This document shows positions 42,367 through 53,053 of a stretch of 64,000 nt of DNA, in pieces. Where the stretch lies: NCBI GenBank assembly GCA_963668025.2, contig CAXXTH010000023.1, positions 32,001-96,000 of the forward strand. Direction: 5' to 3'. Below the pieces are notes generated by a model. The model searched no databases, was not told the origin of the DNA, and worked only from the letters and a program-made list of their open reading frames with translations. The stretch's first letter is position 1, and every line of letters begins with the position of its first letter. A program made the position numbers and the translations under genes. This stretch comes from Candidatus Hydrogenedentota bacterium. GTDB taxonomy: Bacteria; Hydrogenedentota; Hydrogenedentia; Hydrogenedentales; SLHB01.

Positions 42367-43233
42367 CTATTCCGAGAATAAATCCACCAGCTCTTGCGAA
42401 GTGACAAACGTCCCTTTGCATTGAGCTGCGTCCAAAAAGTCGATAAATGGCTGCCAATAGTCATATTCGCTTTTATCGCCGGTATACCAGCCATGGACGA
42501 GAACCACAAGGGGCCTATGATTCGCTTCGGCTTGGGCCAGCGCATCCTGCAAGAGCTGGCTCCATTGTTCACCGGTCAGTTTTAAGCTGCCCTGGGCGGA
42601 GCCGATATCGCACAAGTAGACCAGTTGCCCATTATAATCCGCAGTCGAAATGGGGAGCGCGTAAAAATTATTCTCTGGCATGGGATACGGAGCGATATCG
42701 GTATCGTGCCCTTCCGCGAACAAAAGCTGCGCTTTAAAGCCGCTGTTATACGAAAAGCCCAACTCGTCCAATACTTTATAGGTATCCGCGTTCTGGCTGA
42801 AATACTGTGGGCGGAATCCGGTTATGGGAACATAGGTGCCGCAGGGCTGGCATCCTTCAAGCGCGGTTTTTGCGCGAGTGAGTAGATCCAATTGCGCGTC
42901 GTACGTCATAGTGGCGAGTTGTTCGCCGGTATAATATCCATGCAGGGCGATTTCAAAGCCTTGTTTATAGAGGTTTTGAATCTTCGAAGCGTTCTGGTTG
43001 GCATAATCAGCGGTTACATAGACCGTAGCGTCCATATCTCGGGCGCGCAGAGCATTCGTGATACGGGTTAATCCCGCGGTGTCATCGTTTTCCGCATCCA
43101 CTTGAATGTTGATATAGAGCCCTTCGACGGGATCTTCCGTGCAAGGTTGCGATGGGCATCCTGCAATCACCAGCGTCATGATCAACAATGAAGCGGCTAG
43201 AAACGGCTTTGTGCGGCGATCTAAATATTTCAT
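42367..43233 (-). CDS. Polysaccharide deacetylase family lipoprotein
   Basis: Lipobox IAGC, VDAE, EIALHGY, GFRP, LGF.Y.S. Confidence 0.82.
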   Translation of the reverse strand: MKYLDRRTKPFLAASLLIMTLVIAGCPSQPCTEDPVEGLYINIQVDAENDDTAGLTRITNALRARDMDATVYVTADYANQNASKIQNLYKQGFEIALHGYYTGEQLATMTYDAQLDLLTRAKTALEGCQPCGTYVPITGFRPQYFSQNADTYKVLDELGFSYNSGFKAQLLFAEGHDTDIAPYPMPENNFYALPISTADYNGQLVYLCDIGSAQGSLKLTGEQWSQLLQDALAQAEANHRPLVVLVHGWYTGDKSEYDYWQPFIDFLDAAQCKGTFVTSQELVDLFSE

Positions 43234-43511
43234 GAAATTTTTCCTCCTTTGAGCCTGGCATGTTTTCAACAATACACCTGATCATGTATTGCCGTTGTAC
43301 TCCCTTGGGACCTCGAAACGCATGAGTTAATTCTATTGGAGGGGAGCCTAGCGATCAATTTCGGAATGCATCGGACAGGCGCATCTCCGCTTTCATTTTC
43401 CGAAACATATTTGCTTCCCCTTTTGTCACAGAATCCACTTATATATACAATGATTGGAGCCGAATGATACGGCGCTTATCGCATGAATCGAAACATCAAC
43501 TATCAAACGGT

Positions 43512-44681
43512 TCAATGCTCCCGTGGCAATTGAATGTTGATGTGTTCCATGATGGCATTTGTCTCCGCATATTTTCGAAGGCGTATCAGCAAAGGCTCGG
43601 ATATTGTTGCTCCGGTGGCGACTAGTTTGCGCCCTTGGACCGTAAGTATCGGTTCAGCCAATGTGAGGCCGGCTTTCAGATCCTTCATGGGTATCTTCAC
43701 TATTTGTGGCGTCGAGGATGGAGTTGCCGGGGGAATCTCCGCTCCAAATGCGTCTAGAACAATGGGATTATACCAGCCTTCTCGGGAGCGCATTTCTCGA
43801 AGGCAATCAATGCGCGATTTGCCTGAGGCGCGAAGCTCGTGAAAGTCTTTGGCCGCTTTTAGGATGCAGCCGCCAAGCGAAACTTCATTTAGTTCAAGCG
43901 GGTTTCCTTCTGGATTCATCTCATCGAAATGCGCATCTTGGTTCAAAATGATTGAGGCAACTCCCTCGAGGCGGGGGATTCGCGCCAGCAATTCATTGCC
44001 TATGGCCGGAACGCTTTCGATGGTTTTTTGTTCTTTTTCTGTAAGCAGCTCGTTATTGGTTAGCTTGGAGAGCACTTCGGTGGGGATGGCCAATACGCCG
44101 ATTTGGCAGAAAGTGGCGGCCAGCTCGATTTCCCAGGTGTTTTTTACATTGAGCTTCCCTGCAAGGGTATTCGCGGTATTGCGCAATTGCAGTGATTTCC
44201 CGAAAACATCGGGATTGGTCCAGGAAAGGATTTCAGCCAAAAGCTCGGCTGTGCCTTTGAGTGTTCCCTCCAGCACTTCCTTTTCCGCCGTGATCATGCG
44301 GTATTGGCGGATGCCTGCTAAAAGGGCTTCGCCCATCAATTTAGAAGGGCAAGGCTTCGTAAGGAATCGGAACACATTTCCGTCATTGACGGCGTCCATG
44401 GCCACTTTAATATCGAGATTCCCCGTGAGCATCATGCGGACTGTGTTCGGGGCCATTTCTCGAACTCGTTTCAAAAATTCAACCCCATTCATGATGGGCA
44501 TATTCATATCCGCGACCACGACGGCAAAGGGCCCCTTTTCCTGGATTTCGCGCAAGCCCACATGTGGGCCTTGGGCGGTGTGAACCCGCAGCACGAGCTG
44601 TAGTTTCCGCTGATAGGCTTCCAGAATATTCGGATCGTCGTCGACGAAGAGGATGCGTTCAGCCAGGATTTGTTCTTTCAT
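43512..44681 (-). CDS. Response regulator with a degenerate HD-GYP-like domain
   Basis: REC (FVDD, DMNMP, TG, KP); HD-like domain has CQIG in place of HDIG. Confidence 0.88.
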   Translation of the reverse strand: MKEQILAERILFVDDDPNILEAYQRKLQLVLRVHTAQGPHVGLREIQEKGPFAVVVADMNMPIMNGVEFLKRVREMAPNTVRMMLTGNLDIKVAMDAVNDGNVFRFLTKPCPSKLMGEALLAGIRQYRMITAEKEVLEGTLKGTAELLAEILSWTNPDVFGKSLQLRNTANTLAGKLNVKNTWEIELAATFCQIGVLAIPTEVLSKLTNNELLTEKEQKTIESVPAIGNELLARIPRLEGVASIILNQDAHFDEMNPEGNPLELNEVSLGGCILKAAKDFHELRASGKSRIDCLREMRSREGWYNPIVLDAFGAEIPPATPSSTPQIVKIPMKDLKAGLTLAEPILTVQGRKLVATGATISEPLLIRLRKYAETNAIMEHINIQLPREH

Positions 44682-45892
44682 GATGTTCGACCTTCTTCAT
44701 AGGCCTCTTGGCATGCCTTTTGCCAAAAAGCAAATTGGTTCTGTAAACCCAGTTTTTGTATATAGGCGGCATCCAACTCGGAAACAGGATATGGATTATC
44801 GTTTGCTCCCAGTTGAAGCGCAATAACATCCGCGGCGTGGACCGCCGTCAAACAGGAAAAGGCCTCTCCCAAACAACTGCTGGGCCTGTGATGGTAGGCG
44901 ACTGCTTCCACGATATGGTCGGGAAGCCCCCAAATGCCTAGCAAATAAGCGCCGATTTCTGCGTGCGTGCAACCTAGAATCTCCATTTCGGCATCCGTGA
45001 TTTGCATGCCATTAATGTAGGCGTAATCATACACGCTGAGGTATTCTTCAGGGCAAGAAGCGGCTAAGACCAGCATGCCGGTATCATGCAGGATGCCTCC
45101 GGTGAATGCATCGTTGGCAAGGTCTTTCGAAACGTCTTGGCTTTCACAGATGAGCCGGGTGTATTTGCTGACTGCCAAGCTGTGTTGCTGGAAAGCTTCA
45201 AGAGAAAACTGGCTGGGAAAAGAGAGTTTCTCGGCATGAGAGAATAGCCCGACGGTCAAAATCAGTGTCTTGAGCGTGTCAACGCCAAGATAGGACGCGG
45301 CTTGGACCGCGGAGGAAACATGCTGCCTGAGCCCGAAGAATGCGGAATTTACTAACTGAAGAATCTTCGCGGTCATCGCGACATCTTTTTCAATGATATG
45401 GCCCACTTCGGCAAGAGAGGATTCCGGGGAGCGGAGCGCTTGGCATAGTTGTGTGTACGCCTTGGGCATGGGAGGAAGCTCGCCAATTTGGGACGCGAGC
45501 TGTTTGAGCGCTTCGTTTGCCAATAGATGGCGCAGTGCAAGCGATCTATCGACGCAATCCCGCAATACTTTTGGTTTGCATGGTTTGCATAGGAATTGAT
45601 GGGCTTCCCCAACAGAACGGTATACGGTTTCAGAATCGGATTGTCCAGTGAGCACGAATCGTATGGTTTCGGGGTGGCGTTTGCGGACTTCAGAAAGCAA
45701 TTCGGCTCCATCCATGCCAGGCATGCGCATATCGGAAACAATCACGTCAAAATGCTGTTGCTCCATTATGTCAAGGGCTTGCTGGCCGCTTGAAGCGAAG
45801 GCCATTTTCCATTCTGACTGGAACGGAAAGAGCATGCGCTGCAATCCTTCCAACACATAGGCGTCGTCATCGACGAACAGGATATATTTCAT
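44678..45892 (-). CDS. Response regulator with HDOD domain
   Basis: REC followed by LP.MP...D...TAKILQLVNSAFFG, LHDTG, HAEIGAYLL..WGLP. Confidence 0.92.
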   Translation of the reverse strand: MKYILFVDDDAYVLEGLQRMLFPFQSEWKMAFASSGQQALDIMEQQHFDVIVSDMRMPGMDGAELLSEVRKRHPETIRFVLTGQSDSETVYRSVGEAHQFLCKPCKPKVLRDCVDRSLALRHLLANEALKQLASQIGELPPMPKAYTQLCQALRSPESSLAEVGHIIEKDVAMTAKILQLVNSAFFGLRQHVSSAVQAASYLGVDTLKTLILTVGLFSHAEKLSFPSQFSLEAFQQHSLAVSKYTRLICESQDVSKDLANDAFTGGILHDTGMLVLAASCPEEYLSVYDYAYINGMQITDAEMEILGCTHAEIGAYLLGIWGLPDHIVEAVAYHHRPSSCLGEAFSCLTAVHAADVIALQLGANDNPYPVSELDAAYIQKLGLQNQFAFWQKACQEAYEEGRTS

Positions 45893-47039
45893 TTTGAGTA
45901 TCTCCGATGTGCGCCATCAAATCCGGCTTGCCGAATTTGGCGTAGACTTCCCTGATGCGTTCCAGATTATCGAAGAAGGCCTTCACGACGGCAGGATCGA
46001 AATGATGTTCGGATTCTTTTTTTATGTATGCTTGCGCCTGCTCTTCCGGCATGGCGCGCTTGTATGGCCGTTCGGAAAGCAGGGCGTCATATACGTCCAC
46101 CACGGCGGTAATCCGGGCTTCGATAGGGATGGCCGCGCCTCTTAGCTTGTCGGAATAGCCGGAGCCATCCCATTTTTCATGGTGGTGGCGGGCGATAGAG
46201 CATGCCATTCGCAGCAGGGGCGGCATTTCCCTCGTGATATGATGCTCCTGCGTTGCTGGAAGCGACGTGTTAAAACAAGAAATCGCCCGGGGCGCTTTCG
46301 ACAAAATCTCTTCACCCATCAGTGTGTGGCGTTCCATAATGCCCCTTTCCAGGGGAGTCAGCTTGTCTGGTTTGAGCAATATCCCATCCGGAATGCCGAT
46401 TTTGCCGATATCATGCAGTGGGCTTGTTTGAAATAGTAAATCGGCGTGGGCAGGTTCGAGGCCGAGTCCTTCGGCCAGAATGAGGCATCCCCAAGCCACA
46501 CGTGCGACATGCTCGCCGGTTTGATCATCGCGGAATTCACCGGCTTTTGCCAAGCGCCATACGGTCTCGCGCTGCGAGATTTCGAGCTGGCGGGTGCGTT
46601 CACGCACCAGATCCTCGAGGAGATCCACCTGGCTGGCCAGTTGGTCCTGGTATGACTTGATGCGGAGCGCACTTCGAATTCTCGCGATAAGGTCGTCATA
46701 TTTCACGGGTTTGTTCAACAGATCCGTGGCCCCTGAATCAAGGGCGCGGCGTTTGAGTGAATGGTCTCCATCTCCCGTTAAAATGATGACAGGAATTTGC
46801 TTTGTTTTATCGTTTGACTGCAATGCGCGCAAGAGTATGAATCCGTCTTTGCCTGGCATGCGGATATCTGCAATGATCACATCGAAATCATGGCTGGCCG
46901 TTATGCGCAGCGCATCATCCACATTCAAGCAGAATTTCGCGTCCCAGCCTTCCTTGCTTTGGGCAAGCATTCTCGCGGCCGTATCGAGAATAATGGGCTC
47001 GTCATCCACGAACAAGAGTCTGGGCGGCTTTTTCTCCAT
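45867..47039 (-). CDS. REC-HD-GYP cyclic di-GMP phosphodiesterase
   Basis: E.RD..TG.H..RV, LHDIGK, HHEKWDGSGYS, DVYDAL...RPYK. Confidence 0.92.
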   Translation of the reverse strand: MEKKPPRLLFVDDEPIILDTAARMLAQSKEGWDAKFCLNVDDALRITASHDFDVIIADIRMPGKDGFILLRALQSNDKTKQIPVIILTGDGDHSLKRRALDSGATDLLNKPVKYDDLIARIRSALRIKSYQDQLASQVDLLEDLVRERTRQLEISQRETVWRLAKAGEFRDDQTGEHVARVAWGCLILAEGLGLEPAHADLLFQTSPLHDIGKIGIPDGILLKPDKLTPLERGIMERHTLMGEEILSKAPRAISCFNTSLPATQEHHITREMPPLLRMACSIARHHHEKWDGSGYSDKLRGAAIPIEARITAVVDVYDALLSERPYKRAMPEEQAQAYIKKESEHHFDPAVVKAFFDNLERIREVYAKFGKPDLMAHIGDTQNEIYPVRR

Positions 47040-47077
47040 AACGTCTACCTCTAGTCATCCGTATTATGATGCGGTGT

Positions 47078-50000
47078 TCAGCCCGCCACAGGCAGCCGAA
47101 CAATGAATGTAGTGCCTCGTCCGATTTCGCTTTCAAGAGTAATCGTGCCGCCATGCTTGTCCACGATGGCGTTATGTGCGATAGCCAATCCCTGTCCGGT
47201 GCCGCGTCCTACCTCCTTTGTGGTGAAGAAAGGGTCAAAGACGCGTTCGCGGATCGCTTCTGGGATGCCCGAGCCGGTGTCGCGGATTCTCATCTCGACC
47301 CACTTGCCATCGAGCCTGGTGCTGATGGCGATCTCTCCTTTTTCATTTTCGTTATTCGCGGCCACATCCGAAATGGCATGGGCGGCGTTGACGATCATGT
47401 TCAAAATGACCTGGTTGAGTTCGGCGGGCAGGCCTGGGATAGGAGGCAAGTTTGGCTGTAAATCCGTAGTGACATTGGCGACATATTTCCATTCATTCCG
47501 CGATACGGTGATGGTGCTTTTGATGCATTGATTCAAGTCAACGGAGACTTTTTCCGCCGTGCCAGGATGCGAAAACTCTTTCATGGCGAGGACAATGGAT
47601 GCGATGCGCTCGACGCCTTCGAGCGATTGTGAGATGGCTCGAGGCACCTGTTCCGCCAGGAAGTCCAAATGGGCCTCTTCTAAGGCGTTCTCGATTTTGG
47701 CGGCGCATTCCTTTGGTACATGGCCTTTTCCTGCTTCTGTAACCAGATTCTGGAAAACCTGTGCGAGATCGTTCAAGCTCTCGAACGCCGTTTGCAGGAA
47801 CTCGATATTATCGCCCACATACTGCGTGGGCGTGTTGATCTCATGTGCGATCCCTGCGGCGAGCTGCCCGATCGACTCGAGTTTTTGGGCTTGAACGAGC
47901 TGGGTTTCTAAAATGCGGCGTTCGGTGATATCAATGCCGAGTAAAAAGCATCCCTCGGGCGCGTCAAACTCATCCCGGATAGGATTGATGGTAATTCCGA
48001 GAAACCGGTCGCTTCCATCTGGTTTGTGGAATCTTACTTCCGGGATGCGGAGCGATTTATCGAGCGTTGGCCAGTGTTGAATGTGTTCTGTGCTTAGGTC
48101 CAAGTCCCACGAAATGCCACATGCCGCGATATACCGGCCAATCATTCGTTCCGCAGGCAGGCCGAAGGTCCTTTCGGCAGCGGCGTTCCATCGATTAATG
48201 CGCAATTCCGCATCTAGCCCAATGAGGAAAGATGACATGGAAGCCAGCAGCCGCTCGGCTTCTGTATGGGCGCGGCGAAGCGCCATCTCGGTTTCTTTGC
48301 GATGCTCGACTTCGGATAGCAGCGAGGCGTTTGTCTCGGACAGTTCACATGTCCGTTCTTGTATGCGCACCTCGAGTTCGTCGCGGGACTTGCGCAGTTC
48401 CTCTTCTGTTCGCTTGTCCTCGGTAATGTCATCCAGTGTTTCGACTCCCCCGATGACAACTCCCTGGGCGTCCCGGATCACGGCAGCCGTGAAATGGAGC
48501 CATCGGGCTTCATTCAAATTTGTTGTGTATAGGCCTTCGGACTCATAGGCGTCTTTGATTAATGATGAAGGCACGCACTGGTTTCCATACCATTTAGGAA
48601 TCTGATCAATAGCGCCATCCACTAAAAGATCCACGAGGCAGGGCTGTTCTTGCTTGTAAAACGCCGCCCAATGTTTTGTGGAGCCCAGAATTTCTTTCTC
48701 CGTGATTCCGCTCATTTGTTCCAAGGGGTTATTCCATGAAATCACATGGTGTTCGCGATCGATGGCGAATTGGGGGATGGGGCATCCATGCAGGATGGCC
48801 TGCAATTTGCTCTCACTCTCCTCGAGTGCATGGGTGGCCATTCCGGTATGGATGACATGAGTGGTGGTATTGCTGAGGTCTGCCAGAAGGCGCTGTTCAT
48901 CTCGAGAGATTGTTTTTTTGCTGAAAAGCGCCATCACGCCGATGAGCCTGCCCTGGGGGGAGAGCAAGCGCCAGCCTGCGAAAGAGGCCAGGCCCATCTT
49001 TTCCGCCCATGCCTGGTTGCAGATGCGCGGGTCATGTGTGATGTCATTAGTCAAGAATGGGGCAATCTCGCCAGTAGCGATTCGGCCTATGGCGTGATTG
49101 CCTAAAGGAATGCGCTTATGTTTGTGTTCGATGTGTTCATAGTGGCCGGATTTTGCCATCAAATGCAGGCAGTGGGTTCTTACCCGGCACATATCCGGGC
49201 CTTCCGTTGCAGTGGCGTGTATGCAGCCGCCATCACATAGATCGCCGTTGCCAACGATCCAAATGCGGACAGAGTCCGCGCGAAATGTCTCGACCGCCAC
49301 GTCTGTGATGCGTTTCAGTTTCTCCTCGAGTGGGGCGGTGTCAAGAAGCTGTTCTTTCAAGGCGCTTAGCCAGACGATTTCCCCTTGTACGCGCTTGCGT
49401 TCTTCTCGTTCCCGCAGCGAGGCAATGGCGTTTCCAAGGTCATACACAAGATCCTGCAATAGATCCATTTCGGTGGGGGAGAAGGAATGGGCATTTCTGG
49501 AAAAGGCATTGAGCACGCCGATGACGGAATCGCCCACGCATAATGGCAGAGCGGCATGCGACGTGCATCCGAGCTGTATGGCTTCGTTCCGCCAGGGATC
49601 TTGCTCCGGGTGTTCGAGGATGTTATTGTCGATTTGAGGCTCTTTTAAGAGAATGGCGGTGTTGGTGATTCCCCCTGCGGTATTCGGGCTATCCCGTGTG
49701 ATTTTCCATTCGATTGGAGAGCACGATTCAAACCCCACCCATGCCATTGGGCGCAAGATATCTAGATTTTCTTGGGCAGTCAATCCGATCCACGCCAGCG
49801 GATATTCACCAGAATCCACGATGATCGAGCAGGCTTTTTGCAATAGCTCGGATTCGTTTTTGGTTCTGACAATAGCTTGGTTGCATTCACTGATGGTTCG
49901 GAGTATTCGATTCACCTGGCGCAATTCGTTTTCGGCGCGCCTGCGCTCGGAGATCTCTTTTTGCATGCTTTCATTTATTTGGATGAGGTCGGAGGCATAT

Positions 50001-51298
50001 TCTTCCACGAGGCGTTTGAGTTCGGTATGGACTTTGTTAAGCTCTTCTTCCTCTTGTTTTCGTTCGCTGATGTCTCGAATAATGCAGATGGCATGCCGTG
50101 CGCCACGTAATTGCGCCCCCGAGATGGACATATCAATCGGGAACTCGGAGCCGTCTTTCCGGGTAACGGATAATTCCAGCGTTTTTTTCGCTTCGCTCCC
50201 ATTGGCTGAGCGCATGAACAGCTCGAATTCCATCTCATAGAGTGTTCGGTCCTGCTTCGGCGCAAGCAGGCTAAGCATATCTTTTCCGATGGCCTCCTCG
50301 GCAGGCCAGCCGAATAGGGCTTCCGCCGCCTGATTGTAGAAACGGATACACCCATTTGGATCCATGATGAGGATGGCGTCCTGGGCCGCATCCGTCATGA
50401 TGCGAAAGGTTTCTTCACTCTGCCTCAAGGCTTCTTCCGCGCGCCGCTGTTCCGTAATGTCGCGCACCGTCGCTTGGAGCAACACGCTTTTCCCCAGCGC
50501 AACCCGAGTCAGCAGCACCGAAGCAGGAAATTCACTTCCATCTCGACGTTTATGGCGCCAATCAAAAAAGCATTTTCCGTCACGCAGCGCGGTTTCAATG
50601 AAGCGTCTTGCTTCTTCCTTGGATGAGCGGCCATCCGGCTGATATTCTGGTGATACATCCGCGGGGTTGACGGAAGTAAAGTCAGACTCTTTCGAAAACC
50701 CGAACAATGCCATTGCTGCTGGATTCGCGGATGTGAACCTCCATGAAGGCGGTTCCACGGTTACAATGGCGTCTATCGAGCTCTCGAATAAGAGTTTGTA
50801 CCGTTTTTCACTTAGTTTCAGGGAGTCATCTCCATGCTGCATCAATTCATGGTATTCTTCGGCTAAATTCACTTTATCGATCAGGAGATCGCTATTGCAC
50901 GGTTTCTCCACATAATCGAAAGCTCCTAGCTGGATAGCGTGAAGGACATTCGGCATGTTTCCTGGCGCAGCAAGAATAAGAGGAATAGCGCCTAGTTTCT
51001 TGTTGTAAATGGTTTTTAGTAATTGAAAGCCTTTGTCTCCTGGCGGCTCCAAATCGATCAAGGCCACGTCAAAATCGCCTTGGGTCAATGCATGCAGCCC
51101 ACTCTTACAATCCTCGCATATCTCACATGCATATCCTTGCAGGCGTAGTTCTCGCTCAAGGGTTTCAGCCAAATGAATGTCGCCAGTGATGAGGAGCACG
51201 CTTCCATTTTCGCGAGGCAACCCCTTTCCTTTTTCAAGCAGCTCCTCGGAAGCGGTTTCATCCATATTGGATTTCTGCTTGGCCGTGTCCTCTGGCAT
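47078..51298 (-). CDS. Multi-sensor histidine kinase (REC-PAS-PAS-GAF-GAF-PAS-PAS-HisKA-HATPase)
   Basis: GIAHEINTP H-box, N.IVNA, DTGSGI, FDPFFTTK, GTGQGL; start 51298 after AGGAGG. Confidence 0.93.
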   Translation of the reverse strand: MPEDTAKQKSNMDETASEELLEKGKGLPRENGSVLLITGDIHLAETLERELRLQGYACEICEDCKSGLHALTQGDFDVALIDLEPPGDKGFQLLKTIYNKKLGAIPLILAAPGNMPNVLHAIQLGAFDYVEKPCNSDLLIDKVNLAEEYHELMQHGDDSLKLSEKRYKLLFESSIDAIVTVEPPSWRFTSANPAAMALFGFSKESDFTSVNPADVSPEYQPDGRSSKEEARRFIETALRDGKCFFDWRHKRRDGSEFPASVLLTRVALGKSVLLQATVRDITEQRRAEEALRQSEETFRIMTDAAQDAILIMDPNGCIRFYNQAAEALFGWPAEEAIGKDMLSLLAPKQDRTLYEMEFELFMRSANGSEAKKTLELSVTRKDGSEFPIDMSISGAQLRGARHAICIIRDISERKQEEEELNKVHTELKRLVEEYASDLIQINESMQKEISERRRAENELRQVNRILRTISECNQAIVRTKNESELLQKACSIIVDSGEYPLAWIGLTAQENLDILRPMAWVGFESCSPIEWKITRDSPNTAGGITNTAILLKEPQIDNNILEHPEQDPWRNEAIQLGCTSHAALPLCVGDSVIGVLNAFSRNAHSFSPTEMDLLQDLVYDLGNAIASLREREERKRVQGEIVWLSALKEQLLDTAPLEEKLKRITDVAVETFRADSVRIWIVGNGDLCDGGCIHATATEGPDMCRVRTHCLHLMAKSGHYEHIEHKHKRIPLGNHAIGRIATGEIAPFLTNDITHDPRICNQAWAEKMGLASFAGWRLLSPQGRLIGVMALFSKKTISRDEQRLLADLSNTTTHVIHTGMATHALEESESKLQAILHGCPIPQFAIDREHHVISWNNPLEQMSGITEKEILGSTKHWAAFYKQEQPCLVDLLVDGAIDQIPKWYGNQCVPSSLIKDAYESEGLYTTNLNEARWLHFTAAVIRDAQGVVIGGVETLDDITEDKRTEEELRKSRDELEVRIQERTCELSETNASLLSEVEHRKETEMALRRAHTEAERLLASMSSFLIGLDAELRINRWNAAAERTFGLPAERMIGRYIAACGISWDLDLSTEHIQHWPTLDKSLRIPEVRFHKPDGSDRFLGITINPIRDEFDAPEGCFLLGIDITERRILETQLVQAQKLESIGQLAAGIAHEINTPTQYVGDNIEFLQTAFESLNDLAQVFQNLVTEAGKGHVPKECAAKIENALEEAHLDFLAEQVPRAISQSLEGVERIASIVLAMKEFSHPGTAEKVSVDLNQCIKSTITVSRNEWKYVANVTTDLQPNLPPIPGLPAELNQVILNMIVNAAHAISDVAANNENEKGEIAISTRLDGKWVEMRIRDTGSGIPEAIRERVFDPFFTTKEVGRGTGQGLAIAHNAIVDKHGGTITLESEIGRGTTFIVRLPVAG

Positions 51299-51619
51299 CA
51301 CTAGCCTCCTGTGGCTTTCCATCGAGCGGTGCTGGCTCTCCTCTGGCTTTCCAGAAGAAGCCAAGCCCCTCCACTTCTGTAATAAAACTGATCACATCCC
51401 GTATACCGTTTTCAATTATATCTTATTTCGCATGCTAGGAAGCGAGCAAGAAGTGAAATCGCGCCATGCTCATGGGAATATGAAGTAAAATGCAACGCAG
51501 AGCGAAAAGAAAACCGGCATTATCTGGGCGAAGGTGGGTAAAACATAGCAATCAACCGGAGTTTGGGATTCACCGGGCGTGCTTTGCATGACCGTATGGC
51601 CAAGCATGTTTGAGCATAG

Positions 51620-51660
51620 AAAAACAGAGGCTTCCGCCCGGAATCCCGCGTGGAAGCCCG
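51620..51660 (-). terminator. Probable terminator of the SDR gene
   Basis: Minus strand GGGCTTCC...GGAAGCCTCTGTTTTT. Confidence 0.5.
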
Positions 51661-51672
51661 TCTGTTTTCTGG

Positions 51673-52431
51673 TTACGGATAGGTCTGTCCCGTGGGGCGA
51701 ATCATGATTTCACTAACGTTTACGTGGGGTGGCAGCGACACCAGCCATTGGATCCCTTCCGCAATGGCTTCCGGCTCGAGCAAGGCTCCAAACTGGGTGG
51801 TCCATTTCCCAAAATTGTCTTCGGTATAGCCCGCCACGTCTTGGAACTCGCTGATGACAATGCCGGGCATCACGAGCGACACGCGGACGCCATACGAGCA
51901 GATTTCCCGGCGCAGCCCTTCAGTGATGCCCGCTACCGCGAATTTGCTCGCGCCATATAATCCGCTGACCGGGGAAATGTTTCTTCCGGCCACGGAGCCT
52001 ATCGCCACAATGTCGCCGCTCTTCCGCTCCGCCATGTACTTGCCGGTTTGCCGCAACAGATACGCCAAGCCAAGGACATTGGTCCGGTAGACCTCTTCCC
52101 ACTGGGTGGCGTCGCTTTCAAGAACTCCTCCCGCCAAGCCGCGCCCTGCATTGGCGACGACGATATCGTATTTGCAGCCGCCGTCGTCCCACTTCCCTGC
52201 TTGAGCCAGCAGCGCGTCTATTTCCGAAGGAACGCCCACATCACAGGAGACGGCCAGCGCCTGGCCTCCTTGGGCTGTGATCGTCGATACCAACTCGTCC
52301 AGCCGTTCTTTACGGCGCGCGCAAGCCACCACGGCGGCTCCCGCGTTGGATAGCGCCAGCGCCACTGCTTTTCCTATGCCTGCGCTGGCCCCCGTAACAA
52401 TAGCCGTCTTTCCTAAAAGAGGCGTACTCAT
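51673..52431 (-). CDS. Short-chain dehydrogenase/reductase (YdfG-like)
   Basis: TGASAGIG, ARR, ANAG, YGASK. Confidence 0.93.
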   Translation of the reverse strand: MSTPLLGKTAIVTGASAGIGKAVALALSNAGAAVVACARRKERLDELVSTITAQGGQALAVSCDVGVPSEIDALLAQAGKWDDGGCKYDIVVANAGRGLAGGVLESDATQWEEVYRTNVLGLAYLLRQTGKYMAERKSGDIVAIGSVAGRNISPVSGLYGASKFAVAGITEGLRREICSYGVRVSLVMPGIVISEFQDVAGYTEDNFGKWTTQFGALLEPEAIAEGIQWLVSLPPHVNVSEIMIRPTGQTYP

Positions 52432-52441
52432 ATGCGGCATT

Positions 52442-52533
52442 CTCCTATGTCTATGTTTCGCTTAGCGCCAGTGCGGCGCGAAAGGATTTCATCATATCAC
52501 GAGGGCAGGGGCCGCCGCACGGCGCAGGCGCAT
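52442..52533 (-). repeat. 92-bp direct repeat, copy 1 (putative promoter, leader and RBS)
   Basis: Two mismatches against 53550-53641. Confidence 0.92.
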
Positions 52534-52630
52534 TCATTAGTATCCTAGACAGTTACAGATATTACACCTAAAACAACACCTAAGCAGAAAATGGATTGTT
52601 TTTCATGACTCTCAAATATAACCTCATAAA

Positions 52631-52814
52631 CCGCGAATAGATGCGAATAAACGTGAATATATGGCAAACCTCCGTTAACGGGAGATTTTTTGACAGGATT
52701 TACAAGATGAACAAGATTTTTTGTAACACTTTAGCAACTGAAGCAGGTTTAGCTTTATATGAATCGTTGCTATCTAGTCCAATCTTGTGCATCATGTAAA
52801 TCATGTCTAAAAAA
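52631..52814. repeat. Cluster of periodic repeats: CGCGAAT 10-mers (52631-52658) and an inverted pair of ACAGGATTT-type 9-mers (52686-52718 / 52781-52814)
   Basis: TTTTTTGACAGGATTTACAAGATGAACAAGATT against the reverse complement TTTTTTAGACATGATTTACATGATGCACAAGATT. Confidence 0.75.
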
Positions 52815-53053
52815 GCAGCCATTGCTTCAGTCGGCAAAAGTATTACTCTTGTTGAAGCTGGGGCTAAGGCACTGGCGTGGGCGTTGCCCATACCTCAGAT
52901 CGCTAAAATAATCTCCACAATTTTCATACATGATAAACCTAGGCCTATCAGGTTGTTATGCAAATCGATTCAAATCGATTCTAAACTCCTTGTTGTTTTT
53001 ATAGAAGCTGGAGTTTAAGTACTGACTAAAGGTTCGGCAGGTTCAGGTTCGGA

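Noticed and set aside
52700-53018. Small ORFs 52700-52891 and 52803-53018
   Set aside because: They overlap the repeat arms, lack an RBS and show no recognisable motifs
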